DNA of 64,000 nt from an uncultured Clostridium sp. Its GTDB lineage: Bacteria; Bacillota; Clostridia; TANB77; CAG-508. The position numbers and the translations under genes are program-made. Below are positions 36,540 to 47,214 of this stretch, piece by piece. The notes below the pieces were generated by a model. It searched no databases. It was given only the letters and a program-made list of their open reading frames with translations, and was not told where the DNA came from. The stretch spans positions 8,170-72,169 of the forward strand of contig CAOKPI010000005.1 of assembly GCA_948470605.1 (NCBI GenBank), written 5' to 3'. Numbering within the stretch: position 1 is the first letter of the stretch; each line of letters starts with the position of its first letter.

Positions 36540-36568
36540 TTGACAAAACAATAAAAACAATATATAAT
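36540..36568 (+). promoter_or_regulatory. Consensus sigma-A promoter (TTGACA-17 nt-TATAAT) for the Rpn gene
   Basis: Exact hexamers with 17-nt spacing, about 20 nt upstream of the TTG start. Confidence 0.7.
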
Positions 36569-36586
36569 ACAGAAAGAAGGGATACC

Positions 36587-37657
36587 TTGAAATTTATTAC
36601 CTATCAACAATATATAGAATACTTAAGAAACAACAAAAATCTAAAATTAAAAGAAAAAGATGTTACTTATCAAATTTATCCATTAGAGGAAAATGAAATT
36701 TATCATCCCAAACGAATAGAAACAATTGATAAAAAACATGATAAAATGTTTCGTCATATTCTAAGCAGAAAAAAAGAAATGATACATTTTTTAAATGAAT
36801 TTTTAGCATTAAAACAAACCATAAAGCCAGAGCAACTCATGCAATGTCATACCGATTTCATAACCAAACAATACAAAGAAAAGCATTGTGACCTTATCTA
36901 TCAATTAAAACAAAAACCAGTGTATTTTTTAGTAGAGCATCAAAGTACCATAGACCAAGATATGCCGTTAAGGATATGGGAATATGTGGGTCAAATTATG
37001 AGAAAAGAAAGTATTGTGCAAAGAACTTATTTAAGAAAAGACAAAGTGTATCCAGTGGTAGTGCCAATTGTTATTTATACGGGATTTCAAAAATGGAAGG
37101 TTAAAACAAATTTTGCACAAAGTCAATATCACTCACCCAATTATGAAGATTATAAAATTAATTTAGAATATAATTTAATAGCAGTACAAGATTATACATT
37201 AGAAGAATTGTTAGAGAAGAAAACTTTATTTGCTAGTATTATGATAATCGAGAAATGTAGAGGACTTGAGGAATTAAATCAACAAATCAATAAAATTGTA
37301 GAGGTGATAGATGACCCAAAAGATTTGGAAGCATTAGCAGAAATTATTACGAATATTATTGTATTTCGTATTGGTCAAGAAAAGGCAAAGCAATTATTAG
37401 AGAAAATAAGAAGAAAGGGGGAATTAGGCATGAGCCCAGTAACTAAAATGCTATTTGATTTAGAGTATAAGAATTGGAAAAAAGGTTTGAGAGAGGGAAT
37501 CAAAAAAGGAAAGAAAGAAGGCATAAAAGATGGTAGGATAAAAACTATTAAAAATATGATACAAAGTGGCGAGTCAGAAGAAAAAATTATGAAATATACA
37601 GAGATTAGTAAAGAAGAATTAAGGCAGATAAAAAGAAAATTAATTGCTTCTTGCTGA
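36587..37657 (+). CDS. Rpn family recombination-promoting nuclease / putative transposase (YhgA-like, PD-(D/E)XK)
   Basis: HDKMFRHIL...HCDLIYQLKQKPVYFLVEHQSTIDQDMPLRIWEY is the family signature. Confidence 0.85.
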   Translation: MKFITYQQYIEYLRNNKNLKLKEKDVTYQIYPLEENEIYHPKRIETIDKKHDKMFRHILSRKKEMIHFLNEFLALKQTIKPEQLMQCHTDFITKQYKEKHCDLIYQLKQKPVYFLVEHQSTIDQDMPLRIWEYVGQIMRKESIVQRTYLRKDKVYPVVVPIVIYTGFQKWKVKTNFAQSQYHSPNYEDYKINLEYNLIAVQDYTLEELLEKKTLFASIMIIEKCRGLEELNQQINKIVEVIDDPKDLEALAEIITNIIVFRIGQEKAKQLLEKIRRKGELGMSPVTKMLFDLEYKNWKKGLREGIKKGKKEGIKDGRIKTIKNMIQSGESEEKIMKYTEISKEELRQIKRKLIASC

Positions 37658-37676
37658 TAGAAAAATAGAAACAGTT

Positions 37677-37706
37677 AACCGAATATTAATATTCGGTTTT
37701 TTTCTA
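37677..37706 (+). terminator. Rho-independent terminator
   Basis: aaccgaata-ttaa-tattcggtt followed by TTTTTTT. Confidence 0.8.
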
Positions 37707-37771
37707 TTGAAAAATAAAGAAAAGTATAGTAGAATGAAGCAAACAAGTATTAGGAAAGGAATTACCTAAAA

Positions 37772-38578
37772 ATGAGGTATGAAAACAATTCAGATAAATT
37801 AGAAAAAATCAGACTCGTAAAAGACAATTATTATGTCATATTAGATTTTGATGGAACAGTAACGAGTGCTGATAGCCTTGATTCATGGATGGCAATCATA
37901 GACTTTGAAATCTATGGAGAAGAGTGTAAAAAAGAGATAGAACAATTGAATGCAAAATATAAGCCCATAGAATCAGATTATGAATTAGATTATGATATAA
38001 AAAAGCAGCATATGGCAGACTGGTATCGAAAAAGTATGGATATCTTATACAAATATCAATTGACATTCTCTAAATTACAAAAAGCATTGCAAAAGGAAAA
38101 ACTAAAGCTTAGAAAAGGGGCAAAAGAATTCTTAAAAAAGTTACATCAAAAGCAAATACCAGTTATTATCTTGTCAGCTGGTATCAAAAATACCATAGAG
38201 GAATTTTTGAAAATACAGCAATGTTATTATGATAATATCTATATTATCAGTAATGAGATTGAATTTAAGGAAGATAACATGCAAAAATTCACTGGTAGGA
38301 TTCTTCATTCTATGAATAAGGGATTAGAAGGGAATTTGCCACAGGATTTACGAGATAGGATAAACCAAAAGGAATATGCGGTTTTATGCGGGGATATCAT
38401 TGAAGATATACAGATGGTGAATCAAGAAGATTTAGATAAAACTATAACAATAGGATTTTTAAATAGTAGAGAAAGTGAGAATTTAAGATTTTATCAGGAA
38501 AATTATGATATCGTATTAACAAAAGAGGAGGCTTGTTTTCAAGTAATAGAAAAAATAATGTTACGATTTATAGCTTAA
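37772..38578 (+). CDS. HAD-superfamily hydrolase (pyrimidine 5'-nucleotidase/UMPH-1-like)
   Basis: DFDGTVT motif I, and ILSAGI and CGD motifs. Confidence 0.55.
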   Translation: MRYENNSDKLEKIRLVKDNYYVILDFDGTVTSADSLDSWMAIIDFEIYGEECKKEIEQLNAKYKPIESDYELDYDIKKQHMADWYRKSMDILYKYQLTFSKLQKALQKEKLKLRKGAKEFLKKLHQKQIPVIILSAGIKNTIEEFLKIQQCYYDNIYIISNEIEFKEDNMQKFTGRILHSMNKGLEGNLPQDLRDRINQKEYAVLCGDIIEDIQMVNQEDLDKTITIGFLNSRESENLRFYQENYDIVLTKEEACFQVIEKIMLRFIA

Positions 38579-38760
38579 ATAAAAAACAAATTTAAGAATT
38601 GCTAAGCGATGATAATCGCAAAGCAATTCTAGAAATTTCCATATTTATACAGTACGAAGCTTTCCTCCCACAGGGAGAAAATTTCTACTGTATAAAAAAT
38701 ATAATAAATTTAATATAGAAAAGTAGCAAAATAATAAAAATAAGAAAGGAAGATGTGAAA

Positions 38761-39444
38761 ATGAAGAAATTTGGAAATATATTATGGGGAATTGTATTAA
38801 TTGTAGTGGGGGTTATCTTTGGACTAAATGCTGTAGGATTAACAGATATTAATGTTTTCTTTCGAGGTTGGTGGACTTTATTTATTATTGTACCAAGTTT
38901 TATTGAGTTATTTAGAAGCACCAATAAAATGTGGAGTTTTATATGGTTAGTAATAGGAATTGTGTTATTATTATGTGCACAAAATATCTTATCTTTTAGC
39001 CTAATCGGAAAATTAATCTTTCCCTTTATTTTAGTTATGATAGGAATTAGTATCATTTTTAAAGATACAGTTAACAAAAAAATAACAGACACAATTAGAA
39101 CATTAAATAGCAATAAAGGTGATTTTGAGGAGTATTGTGCTACTTTTGGAAGTCAACAAAGTGATTTTTCTGGGCAAGAGTTTCGTGGGGCGAATTTAGA
39201 TGCTGTATTTGGAAGTGTAGAATTAGACATTTCAAAAGCAATCATCCAAGCAGACCAAGTCATTAATGCGAATGCCATTTTTGGAGGGATTGAGATACGA
39301 GTACCAACAGGAGTTAATATCAAGGTAAAATCAACGCCAATCTTTGGAGGAGTCAGTAATAAAGTTAAGACTGAATACAATGAAAGTTTACCAATCATCT
39401 ATATTAATGGCGTGGCTATGTTTGGAGGTGTTGAGATAAAATGA
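38761..39444 (+). CDS. LiaF-like cell-wall-active-antibiotic response protein
   Basis: N-terminal TM helices plus the C-terminal FGSVELDISKA...IFGGIEIRVP..IFGGV repeat pattern. Confidence 0.65.
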   Translation: MKKFGNILWGIVLIVVGVIFGLNAVGLTDINVFFRGWWTLFIIVPSFIELFRSTNKMWSFIWLVIGIVLLLCAQNILSFSLIGKLIFPFILVMIGISIIFKDTVNKKITDTIRTLNSNKGDFEEYCATFGSQQSDFSGQEFRGANLDAVFGSVELDISKAIIQADQVINANAIFGGIEIRVPTGVNIKVKSTPIFGGVSNKVKTEYNESLPIIYINGVAMFGGVEIK

Positions 39445-40292
39445 TATCTTTTCAAAAAGTAATTAAATATGGAGCGATAGCATTTGCTATTTATTTATGC
39501 TTTATGATTATTAGTATTATAATTGGTACTATTACTGCTATTTTTGGTATTACAGTAGGAATGGAAAGGTTTGAAAATAGTAACAATGAGGCTATGATAA
39601 CAAAATGGGAGCAGGAATATTCAGATATTACGAGTTTGGATATTGATTTAGATGTTTGTAAATTAGTCATCAAAAAGGGAGATACTTTGAAGGTAACTGC
39701 GTCTGAAGTTTCTGACAAATTTCATTGTAAAGTAGAAGGAAAGAACCTAAAAATAGAAGATGAAAATTATCATACACATTTTTTTCATCACATAGAAGAT
39801 GTGAAATCACAAATTACTATTTATATCCCAGAACACATGAATTTTGATGAGATTACGATAGAAACAGGGGTAAACGAAACCAATATCGAATATCTAAAGG
39901 CAGATAAAGTAAATTTAGAGATGGGTGTTGGGAAATATCAAATTGATTCTCTTTTTGCTAAATATGCTAAAATAGAGGCAGGAGCAGGAGAAGCTAATAT
40001 TGCTAATAGTGATATCGAGGAATTAAAATTAAATGGCGGAATTGGAAAATTAGATTTTACTGGCAAAATTACAAAAACAGCAGATATTGAGTGTGGTGTT
40101 GGAGAGTTAGATATTAATTTAGTTGGTCAATGTAGTAATTATCAAATAAAGGCCAAGACAGGATTAGGAAATTTTAAAGTAGATGGACAAAAGGTTAGTG
40201 ATAAACAAACCATAGGTAATGGAGAGGTTATTGTTAAGGTAGAGGCTGGTGTAGGAGAGACGGTTGTAGATTTTAAAAATGAGGTAGATTAA
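39441..40292 (+). CDS. DUF4097-type beta-strand-repeat protein (putative adhesin fold), membrane-anchored
   Basis: Repeated GVG(K/E)..I / GAGEANI / GIGKLDF / GVGELDI units. Its start overlaps the upstream stop. Confidence 0.65.
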   Translation: MISFQKVIKYGAIAFAIYLCFMIISIIIGTITAIFGITVGMERFENSNNEAMITKWEQEYSDITSLDIDLDVCKLVIKKGDTLKVTASEVSDKFHCKVEGKNLKIEDENYHTHFFHHIEDVKSQITIYIPEHMNFDEITIETGVNETNIEYLKADKVNLEMGVGKYQIDSLFAKYAKIEAGAGEANIANSDIEELKLNGGIGKLDFTGKITKTADIECGVGELDINLVGQCSNYQIKAKTGLGNFKVDGQKVSDKQTIGNGEVIVKVEAGVGETVVDFKNEVD

Positions 40293-40305
40293 GGAGCTAA
40301 TAAAC

Positions 40306-43300
40306 ATGATTATTGATGTAGTAGATTTAAATTTTGAAATACTTAATTTTAGTAGAAGATATGATCCACCCAGATATAGAAGAGGAAGAAGTTTATATAA
40401 TAGCGGTCTCATTACTGTTATAAGTGTTGACAAAAAGGACGAAAAAAATTACACAATTAAAGCATCTGTGGAAGGAAATTATGATAGATATACTACTACT
40501 TTAGCAATCACTGGAAATATGATAAAAGAAAGCACATGTACTTGTGAAGATTATTATAATGGAAATTTATGTAAACACATAATAGCTACTTCAATGGAGG
40601 TAATAGAACCACATTATGCTAGTACAAAAGAGGGAAGAAAGAAACTTGAAGAAAAGGAAAAAGAAGAGATAAGAAAAAGGTTAGAAGAAATTAGAATACA
40701 ACAAGAACAAGAAGGAAAAAGACGTCAATATGAAAATAAATACTATAGTGGATTAAGAACAATAGAATTATATCAAAAGAATTCGAGTGAAAGAACCACC
40801 AATACACTTGATTTGACTGAATTATATGAAGAAACAAAGGAACTAAAAAAGAGAAATACAGGAGAACTTGCAACTGCTGTAAAACTAGAATATTATGCAG
40901 AAATAGAAAATTCAGAGACTTTAAAATTATCTTTTAAAATAGGACAAACAAGAATGTATGTATTAAATAATATTTGTGAATTTTACCAAGCCTATCAAAA
41001 TGAATCAGAATTATATTATGGAAAACAATTAAGATTTATTCCTAAAAGGGAAAATTTCACAGAAGATTCACAAGAAATATTTGATTATATTATCAAATAT
41101 GCAGAAATGATAGATTACAACAATCGATATAATGATAATAGAATGGCTAATTCTTTTCATAAATCTATCTACATGATGGGAGACAATATCAACAAATTTT
41201 TGGATTTAAGTAAAAATAAAGGACTTTTGGTTCATTCCTATTATAATGGTAATTCTAAATATGAATTTACAGACCAGATATTAGATATAGCTTGTATTTT
41301 AACAAAAGAAAAAGTGCAGATACCTAACTATGATTATTGGTATCAAGATAAAGTAGAAGAAAGTGAAGAATATGTCTTAAAATTAAATATGCAAAAGTAT
41401 TCCATTTTGGTATCTAACACAAAAATATATATTTTTTATCAGGATAAAATTTACACCATGGAGAAAAATGAAAATCTTACAAAATTATTTGGATTATTCG
41501 AAGGGCAAGACCAAATACTAATTCCAGAAGATCGATTAGATGATTTTAAAGAATATGTTGTACCAAAAATTAAATATTTGAAAACAGAGAACTTACCAAC
41601 AGAAATAGTAAAAGAAGGTCTAGTGGTTAACCAATTAGCATCTAAAATTTTATTGGATGTAGATGATAGAGGAAATATTATGCTAGAATTAAAATTTTGC
41701 TATTTGGATTATGAGTTTAACATATTAGAAAACGAATATCAAACATATGTGAAACAAAATAATATTATTCGAGATGTGCCAGCTGAAACAGAAATTATTA
41801 AGAGAATCTTTATAGATGGATTTGAACTTGTTTCTGGAAAAAATTACTTTATTATGAAAAATTCAGATGCTATTTATCAATTTTTATTACATAAAATCGA
41901 AGGCTACATGAATGATTACGAAGTTTTAGCAACCGATGGATTTAAGAATAAACAAATCAAGCAACCTAAGATTTCAAATATTGGAATAAAAATAAACAAT
42001 GGATTATTAGAATTAGATATTTCAAAAATTAACATAGATATTAGTGAGATAAAAGATATTTTAAAAGACTATCATGTTAAGAAAAAGTATCATAAATTAA
42101 AAAACGGAGATTTTTTAGATTTATCAAACAATCAAGATTTGAATTTATTGGATGAAATGACAACAACATTAGACATAGATTATAGTAAAGTAGAAGAAGG
42201 AATTATTAATCTTCCTATCAATAGAAGCTTTTATTTAGAAAAATTAATAAATTCAAATCAGAAAATTCATGTTGCTAGAAATGAAAAATTTACAGAACTA
42301 ATAAATAGTATAGAAAATTCAGAAATTTCGAATAACATTAAAATAAATCAAGAATTTGAAGGAAAATTAAGAGATTATCAAAAAGTAGGGTATAAATGGT
42401 TAAAAACTTTGGAAATGTATAAATTTGGAGGAATTCTAGCAGATGATATGGGATTAGGAAAAACCTTGCAAGTGATTGCATTATTAAAATCAGAAGCGGA
42501 ATCTAAAAATCGAACCACATCGATTGTAGTATGTCCAAGTACTTTAGCACTTAATTGGAGAGCAGAGATTGAAAAATGGTGTAATTCAATTAAAGTATTA
42601 GTTGTTAAGGGAACTGCTGAAGAAAGAGCAGAAAATTTGAAACATTATCAAGATTATGATTTAATTATTACATCTTATGATTTACTAAAAAGAGATGTTG
42701 AAAACTATGAAGATAAAAATTTTAAATTTATTATTGCAGATGAAGCACAATATATAAAAAATTCATCTACTCAAAATGCAACTTCATTGAAAAGTTTAAA
42801 AGGGGAAACGAAATTTGCTTTAACAGGTACACCAATTGAAAATTCAATAGCAGAACTATGGTCTATCTTTGATTTTATTATGCCAGGATATTTATACAAT
42901 TATCATAAATTTAAGAAAAAATTTGAGGAACCGATATTAAAAGCAGAAGATCAAGAAGCATTAAAAAGGTTAAAAAAATTGATTCGTCCCTTTATTTTAA
43001 GAAGGGTAAAAAAAGATGTTTTAACAGAATTGCCAGAAAAAAATATAACAGTTATGAAAAATGAGATGGAAAAGGAACAAGAAAAAATATATCTATCCTA
43101 TTTAGCTCAAACAAGAAAAGAAATAGCAGAAGAATTAAGTGATAGTAGTTTTGAAAAGAGTAAATTTAAAATTCTTATGTTACTTACTAGACTAAGACAA
43201 ATTTGTTGCCATCCAAGTTTGTTTTTGGAAAACTATAAAGGTAGTAGTGGAAAATTAAAACAATGTATAGATTTAGTAATAGATGCCATAGAATCAGGTC

Positions 43301-43758
43301 ATAAAATCTTAATTTTTTCTAGTTATACATCAGTATTTGAGATATTAGAAAAAGAACTCAATCAATTAGGTATAGAATATTTTAAATTAGTAGGAAACAC
43401 ACCAGTCAGCAAAAGAATTGAAATGGTTGATGATTTTAATAATAATGAATCAGTAAAAATATTTTTGATTTCTTTAAAAGCTGGGGGAACTGGCTTAAAT
43501 TTGACGTCAGCAGATGTGGTTATTCATTATGACCCCTGGTGGAATGTGTCAAGCGAAAATCAAGCAACTGATAGAGCTTATAGAATTGGTCAAAAAAATA
43601 GTGTTCAAGTGTATAAACTAATTACCAATAATTCGATTGAAGAAAAAATAAATAAAATGCAAGAGAGAAAAGAAAAACTTTCAAAAGATGTACTTTCAAC
43701 AGAAGAAACATTTATTAATAAAATGTCAAAAGAAGAAATTTTAGATTTATTTGAATAA
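40306..43758 (+). CDS. SNF2-family helicase with an N-terminal SWIM zinc finger
   Basis: SWIM CTCEDYYNGNLCKH. SNF2 motifs DDMGLGKT, DEAQYIKN, TGTPIEN and QATDRAYRIGQ. Confidence 0.92.
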   Translation: MIIDVVDLNFEILNFSRRYDPPRYRRGRSLYNSGLITVISVDKKDEKNYTIKASVEGNYDRYTTTLAITGNMIKESTCTCEDYYNGNLCKHIIATSMEVIEPHYASTKEGRKKLEEKEKEEIRKRLEEIRIQQEQEGKRRQYENKYYSGLRTIELYQKNSSERTTNTLDLTELYEETKELKKRNTGELATAVKLEYYAEIENSETLKLSFKIGQTRMYVLNNICEFYQAYQNESELYYGKQLRFIPKRENFTEDSQEIFDYIIKYAEMIDYNNRYNDNRMANSFHKSIYMMGDNINKFLDLSKNKGLLVHSYYNGNSKYEFTDQILDIACILTKEKVQIPNYDYWYQDKVEESEEYVLKLNMQKYSILVSNTKIYIFYQDKIYTMEKNENLTKLFGLFEGQDQILIPEDRLDDFKEYVVPKIKYLKTENLPTEIVKEGLVVNQLASKILLDVDDRGNIMLELKFCYLDYEFNILENEYQTYVKQNNIIRDVPAETEIIKRIFIDGFELVSGKNYFIMKNSDAIYQFLLHKIEGYMNDYEVLATDGFKNKQIKQPKISNIGIKINNGLLELDISKINIDISEIKDILKDYHVKKKYHKLKNGDFLDLSNNQDLNLLDEMTTTLDIDYSKVEEGIINLPINRSFYLEKLINSNQKIHVARNEKFTELINSIENSEISNNIKINQEFEGKLRDYQKVGYKWLKTLEMYKFGGILADDMGLGKTLQVIALLKSEAESKNRTTSIVVCPSTLALNWRAEIEKWCNSIKVLVVKGTAEERAENLKHYQDYDLIITSYDLLKRDVENYEDKNFKFIIADEAQYIKNSSTQNATSLKSLKGETKFALTGTPIENSIAELWSIFDFIMPGYLYNYHKFKKKFEEPILKAEDQEALKRLKKLIRPFILRRVKKDVLTELPEKNITVMKNEMEKEQEKIYLSYLAQTRKEIAEELSDSSFEKSKFKILMLLTRLRQICCHPSLFLENYKGSSGKLKQCIDLVIDAIESGHKILIFSSYTSVFEILEKELNQLGIEYFKLVGNTPVSKRIEMVDDFNNNESVKIFLISLKAGGTGLNLTSADVVIHYDPWWNVSSENQATDRAYRIGQKNSVQVYKLITNNSIEEKINKMQERKEKLSKDVLSTEETFINKMSKEEILDLFE

Positions 43759-43822
43759 AATACCATATTTAGTCTAAAGTTTGATACTAGTAAATTATTT
43801 TAGAAAGAAATGAGGAATGAAA

Positions 43823-44962
43823 ATGAAGAAAATTGCCATTTTTGGCTCAACTGGTTCTATTGGAGAAAGTACACTAAATGTCGTTCGAGAAAATCCTGAT
43901 TTATTTCAAGTAGTTACTTTAGTGGCAGGAAAAAACATCGAAAAATTAATCCAGCAAATTCAAGAGTTTAAACCTCAAAATGTCTATATCGCAGCAGAAG
44001 AAAATGCGAACCAAATACAAGAATTATATCCTAATTTACATGTTTATCATGGGAAAGAAGGAATGGAGAAAATTTCGCAATTAACGGATTTTGATATAGG
44101 TGTGTCAGCTTTAGTAGGAGTTGCTGGTTTACAACCAACTTATAACATGATAAGAAATGGAAAAACAGTAGCATTAGCCAATAAAGAAGTGTTAGTAGCT
44201 GGTGGAAAATTAATAATGGATACAGCTAAAATGAACAATGCCACTTTATTAACAGTGGATAGTGAACATAGTGCTATTATGCAATGTTTACAAGGTGAAA
44301 AACAAAATAAAATTGATAAGATTTTATTAACAGCTTCTGGAGGACCTTTTTTTGATAAAGAAATTACAGATGCTATCACAGTAGAGCAAGCTTTAAATCA
44401 TCCAACTTGGAAGATGGGACCTAAAGTAACCATTGATTCTTCTACTATGATGAATAAAGGGTTTGAGGTAATTGAAGCCAAATGGTTATTTGATGTGAAA
44501 CCAAGTCAAATACAAGTAGTGGTACATCGTAAAAGTATTGTCCATTCTATGGTACAGTTTCAAGATGGAACGATTATGGCAAATTTGGGGCCAAAATCCA
44601 TGCAAATACCAATTTCGTATGCTTTAAATTATCCAAATCGTTTAAGCAATCAAATTGAAAAAATCGATTTATTTGAAATTGCTGAGTTAGCATTTGAAAA
44701 ACCAGATTTAGAGAAATTTCAATGCTTGTCATTAGCTTTTGAAGCAATTGAGAAGGGGTATAGTTATCAAGTGGTGTTAAATGCTGCCAATGAAGTTTTA
44801 GTAGATGCTTTTTTAAATAAAAAGATTACTTATACACAAATTCCAAAAGGGATTAAAAAAATGCTGGATGCTCATAATGTAATGGAATTAAACACGGTTG
44901 AGAAGATTTTAGCATTAGACCACAAGATAAAAGAAGATACCAAAAGAATGATAGAAAACTAA
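43823..44962 (+). CDS. dxr: 1-deoxy-D-xylulose-5-phosphate reductoisomerase
   Basis: IAIFGSTGSIG, LANKE, DSEHSAI and NKG motifs. Confidence 0.93.
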   Translation: MKKIAIFGSTGSIGESTLNVVRENPDLFQVVTLVAGKNIEKLIQQIQEFKPQNVYIAAEENANQIQELYPNLHVYHGKEGMEKISQLTDFDIGVSALVGVAGLQPTYNMIRNGKTVALANKEVLVAGGKLIMDTAKMNNATLLTVDSEHSAIMQCLQGEKQNKIDKILLTASGGPFFDKEITDAITVEQALNHPTWKMGPKVTIDSSTMMNKGFEVIEAKWLFDVKPSQIQVVVHRKSIVHSMVQFQDGTIMANLGPKSMQIPISYALNYPNRLSNQIEKIDLFEIAELAFEKPDLEKFQCLSLAFEAIEKGYSYQVVLNAANEVLVDAFLNKKITYTQIPKGIKKMLDAHNVMELNTVEKILALDHKIKEDTKRMIEN

Positions 44963-44970
44963 TATTTTTA

Positions 44971-45171
44971 ACTTAGATGTTATTTATTATTTTTGTAACA
45001 CCACGTAAGCAACCAGCCACTGCATACTGCTACTGTAACAAGCAAAGCTTTAACAGTGGACAGCAAAACGAGCGTTAAGCGTTAGCAAGTAGCATTGGAG
45101 CAACCAACTATATTAAAAATCTGAAGGCTGCGACACACAAGGTGTAAAAAAATAATAAATAACATCTAAGT
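44971..45171. repeat. Family C element, copy 2 (201 bp, ~31-bp terminal inverted repeats) in the convergent gap after dxr
   Basis: Arms are acttagatgttatttattatttttgtaacacc / ggtgtaaaaaaataataaataacatctaagt. The core shares attggagcaacc and gcgacacacaaggtgtaaaaaaataata with copy 1 (inverted). Confidence 0.85.
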
Positions 45172-45178
45172 CGATAGA

Positions 45179-45937
45179 TTAGGGTTTTTCTATTAAGTCT
45201 TTCCAATATTTTTTAGGCATATATTGCATTTGACATCTTGGATTTTTTCTTTCTGAAATAGCAATGGTATTAAAAAATAATTTCCACAATTCTTGATATT
45301 TCTGTTCTTTGGTAGAGATATCAGGAATTTTTAGATTGGCAGCATCCATTATTTGATATTCTTTTCCATTATAAAGTAAGCAAATATTTCTTATTTTATC
45401 ATGTATGATGAAATTTTGAGTTGGTAAGCGATGAATAAAATGATGGGCTAAGGGTTCTATGATATTATTATCTGGATGGAGAGAAGCATAATATAAGTTA
45501 TTGCCAACCTCTTGAAAACGTAGTAACCCTTTTAATCTATGACATTCGCCAAAGGCTCTTTTTTTCATGGCCATGACTTGAAAGACATACGGAATTGTAA
45601 GTCGATGATTGATTTTAGAACCATAGTCAAAACCATCACATAAGTATTTTAGCAGATAGATTTCTTTGTTTGGCTCGTTTGAAAGAAAAGCATAGTAGGT
45701 ATTGTAAAGAGTTGTATTACCAATATTTTTTTCGATGCCAGTAAAAACGCGTTTGGCTTTTTCGGGGTCTGTCTGAATCGAAATAGTAGTATCTAAAAAA
45801 TTAGGAGAATAATCCTTTTCTGCTATTATTTTTTCTGGTAGTGTTTTACTAGCATAACAATCAAATACAAGGGTCAAAAATCCATCTAAGGTGTTATCGT
45901 ATAAGTAGGTTTTGTTTACAAGCTTCCAGTTAGACAT
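45179..45937 (-). CDS. TIGR03915-family putative DNA metabolism/repair protein (DUF4130, UDG-like)
   Basis: Characteristic pairing and 22-nt overlap with the upstream radical SAM gene. Motif LKGLLRFQE...FIIHD. Confidence 0.75.
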   Translation of the reverse strand: MSNWKLVNKTYLYDNTLDGFLTLVFDCYASKTLPEKIIAEKDYSPNFLDTTISIQTDPEKAKRVFTGIEKNIGNTTLYNTYYAFLSNEPNKEIYLLKYLCDGFDYGSKINHRLTIPYVFQVMAMKKRAFGECHRLKGLLRFQEVGNNLYYASLHPDNNIIEPLAHHFIHRLPTQNFIIHDKIRNICLLYNGKEYQIMDAANLKIPDISTKEQKYQELWKLFFNTIAISERKNPRCQMQYMPKKYWKDLIEKP

Positions 45938-47214
45938 TTTATTTTATCCTCCTTTGTTGGTTGTAAGCTATCAAAAATAGACAACTGTTCAAATTGTGGT
46001 AGAGGTAAAGCGTTTCGCTCTTGTATCATGAGATTGGTTTCAATAAAGTTTTGATTGAATTGATAAACTTTATTGAAATATTTTCCTTTACAAGTAATAA
46101 AGTATTTAGCTCGCTTTACTACTACGCCAAGTTTTTTCAAAGCTTCAAAATCTAATAGGAATTCACGTCTTGCTCTTATGATTTTTTTGGCAGAAATAAC
46201 ACCAATACCAGGAATACGAAGCAGGGTAAAATAGTCTGCTGTGTTAATTTCAATTGGGAATTTGTCAAGGTTTCGCAATGCCCAATCACATTTAGGGTCT
46301 AATATGTGATTAAAGTTAGGATGGGATTCATTTAATAATTCATCCGCTTGAAAGCCGTAATAACGAAGCAACCAATCTGCTTGGTATAATCTATTTTCGC
46401 GGAGAAGAGGAGGGGACTCTAAAGTGGGTAAATTTTTATCTTGGTTGACACTAACATAAGCAGAATAGTAAACTCGTTTTAAATTTAATTTTTGGTATAA
46501 TCCTTCGGAAAGTTTTAAGATTTTCAAGTCACTTTCAGGAGTGGCTCCAACAATTAATTGCGTGGTTTGTCCAGCTGGCACAAAACTAGATTTGTATTTA
46601 CTTTTTTCTAGTTTGTTTTGCTGGATTCCATTAGAAACATAAGACATTGGCTCTAAAATGCCAGTTTTTTCTTTTTGTGGGGCTAGTAATTTCAAACTGT
46701 CATAGGAAGGTAATTCAATGTTGATACTAAGCCTATCTACCAGTGTTCCTAAAATGTCAATTAATTCTTTGCTACAACCAGGTATGGTTTTGCAGTGAAT
46801 GTAACCATTGAAGTGATATTCGTTTCGCAAGATAGAAACGGATTGTATGAGTAATTCCATTGTGTAATCAGGAGATTTTACAACAGCAGAACTTAGAAAA
46901 AGTCCTTCAATATAGTTTCTTTTATAAAAATTGATTGTTAAGTCAGCGACCTCTTGTGGTGTGAAGGTTGCTCTTTTGACAGAATTCGTACAACGATTGA
47001 TACAATATTTGCAATCGTACATACAAGCGTTAGTAAATAGTATTTTTAACAAAGAAATACATCTTCCATCTGCTCCCCAGCTATGACAAATACCAGCTAC
47101 ATGACCATTTCCAATTCCATTGTTTTTGTTTTTTCGATTGCTTCCACTTGAACTACAAGAAGCATCGTATTTAGCAGAGTCTGCTAAGATTTTTAATTTA
47201 TCTATTGTTTCCAT
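45916..47214 (-). CDS. Putative DNA modification/repair radical SAM protein (TIGR03916-like)
   Basis: CMYDCKYCINR (CxxxCxxC) and a C-terminal helix-hairpin-helix LLRIPGIGVISAKKII. Confidence 0.85.
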   Translation of the reverse strand: METIDKLKILADSAKYDASCSSSGSNRKNKNNGIGNGHVAGICHSWGADGRCISLLKILFTNACMYDCKYCINRCTNSVKRATFTPQEVADLTINFYKRNYIEGLFLSSAVVKSPDYTMELLIQSVSILRNEYHFNGYIHCKTIPGCSKELIDILGTLVDRLSINIELPSYDSLKLLAPQKEKTGILEPMSYVSNGIQQNKLEKSKYKSSFVPAGQTTQLIVGATPESDLKILKLSEGLYQKLNLKRVYYSAYVSVNQDKNLPTLESPPLLRENRLYQADWLLRYYGFQADELLNESHPNFNHILDPKCDWALRNLDKFPIEINTADYFTLLRIPGIGVISAKKIIRARREFLLDFEALKKLGVVVKRAKYFITCKGKYFNKVYQFNQNFIETNLMIQERNALPLPQFEQLSIFDSLQPTKEDKIKCLTGSL

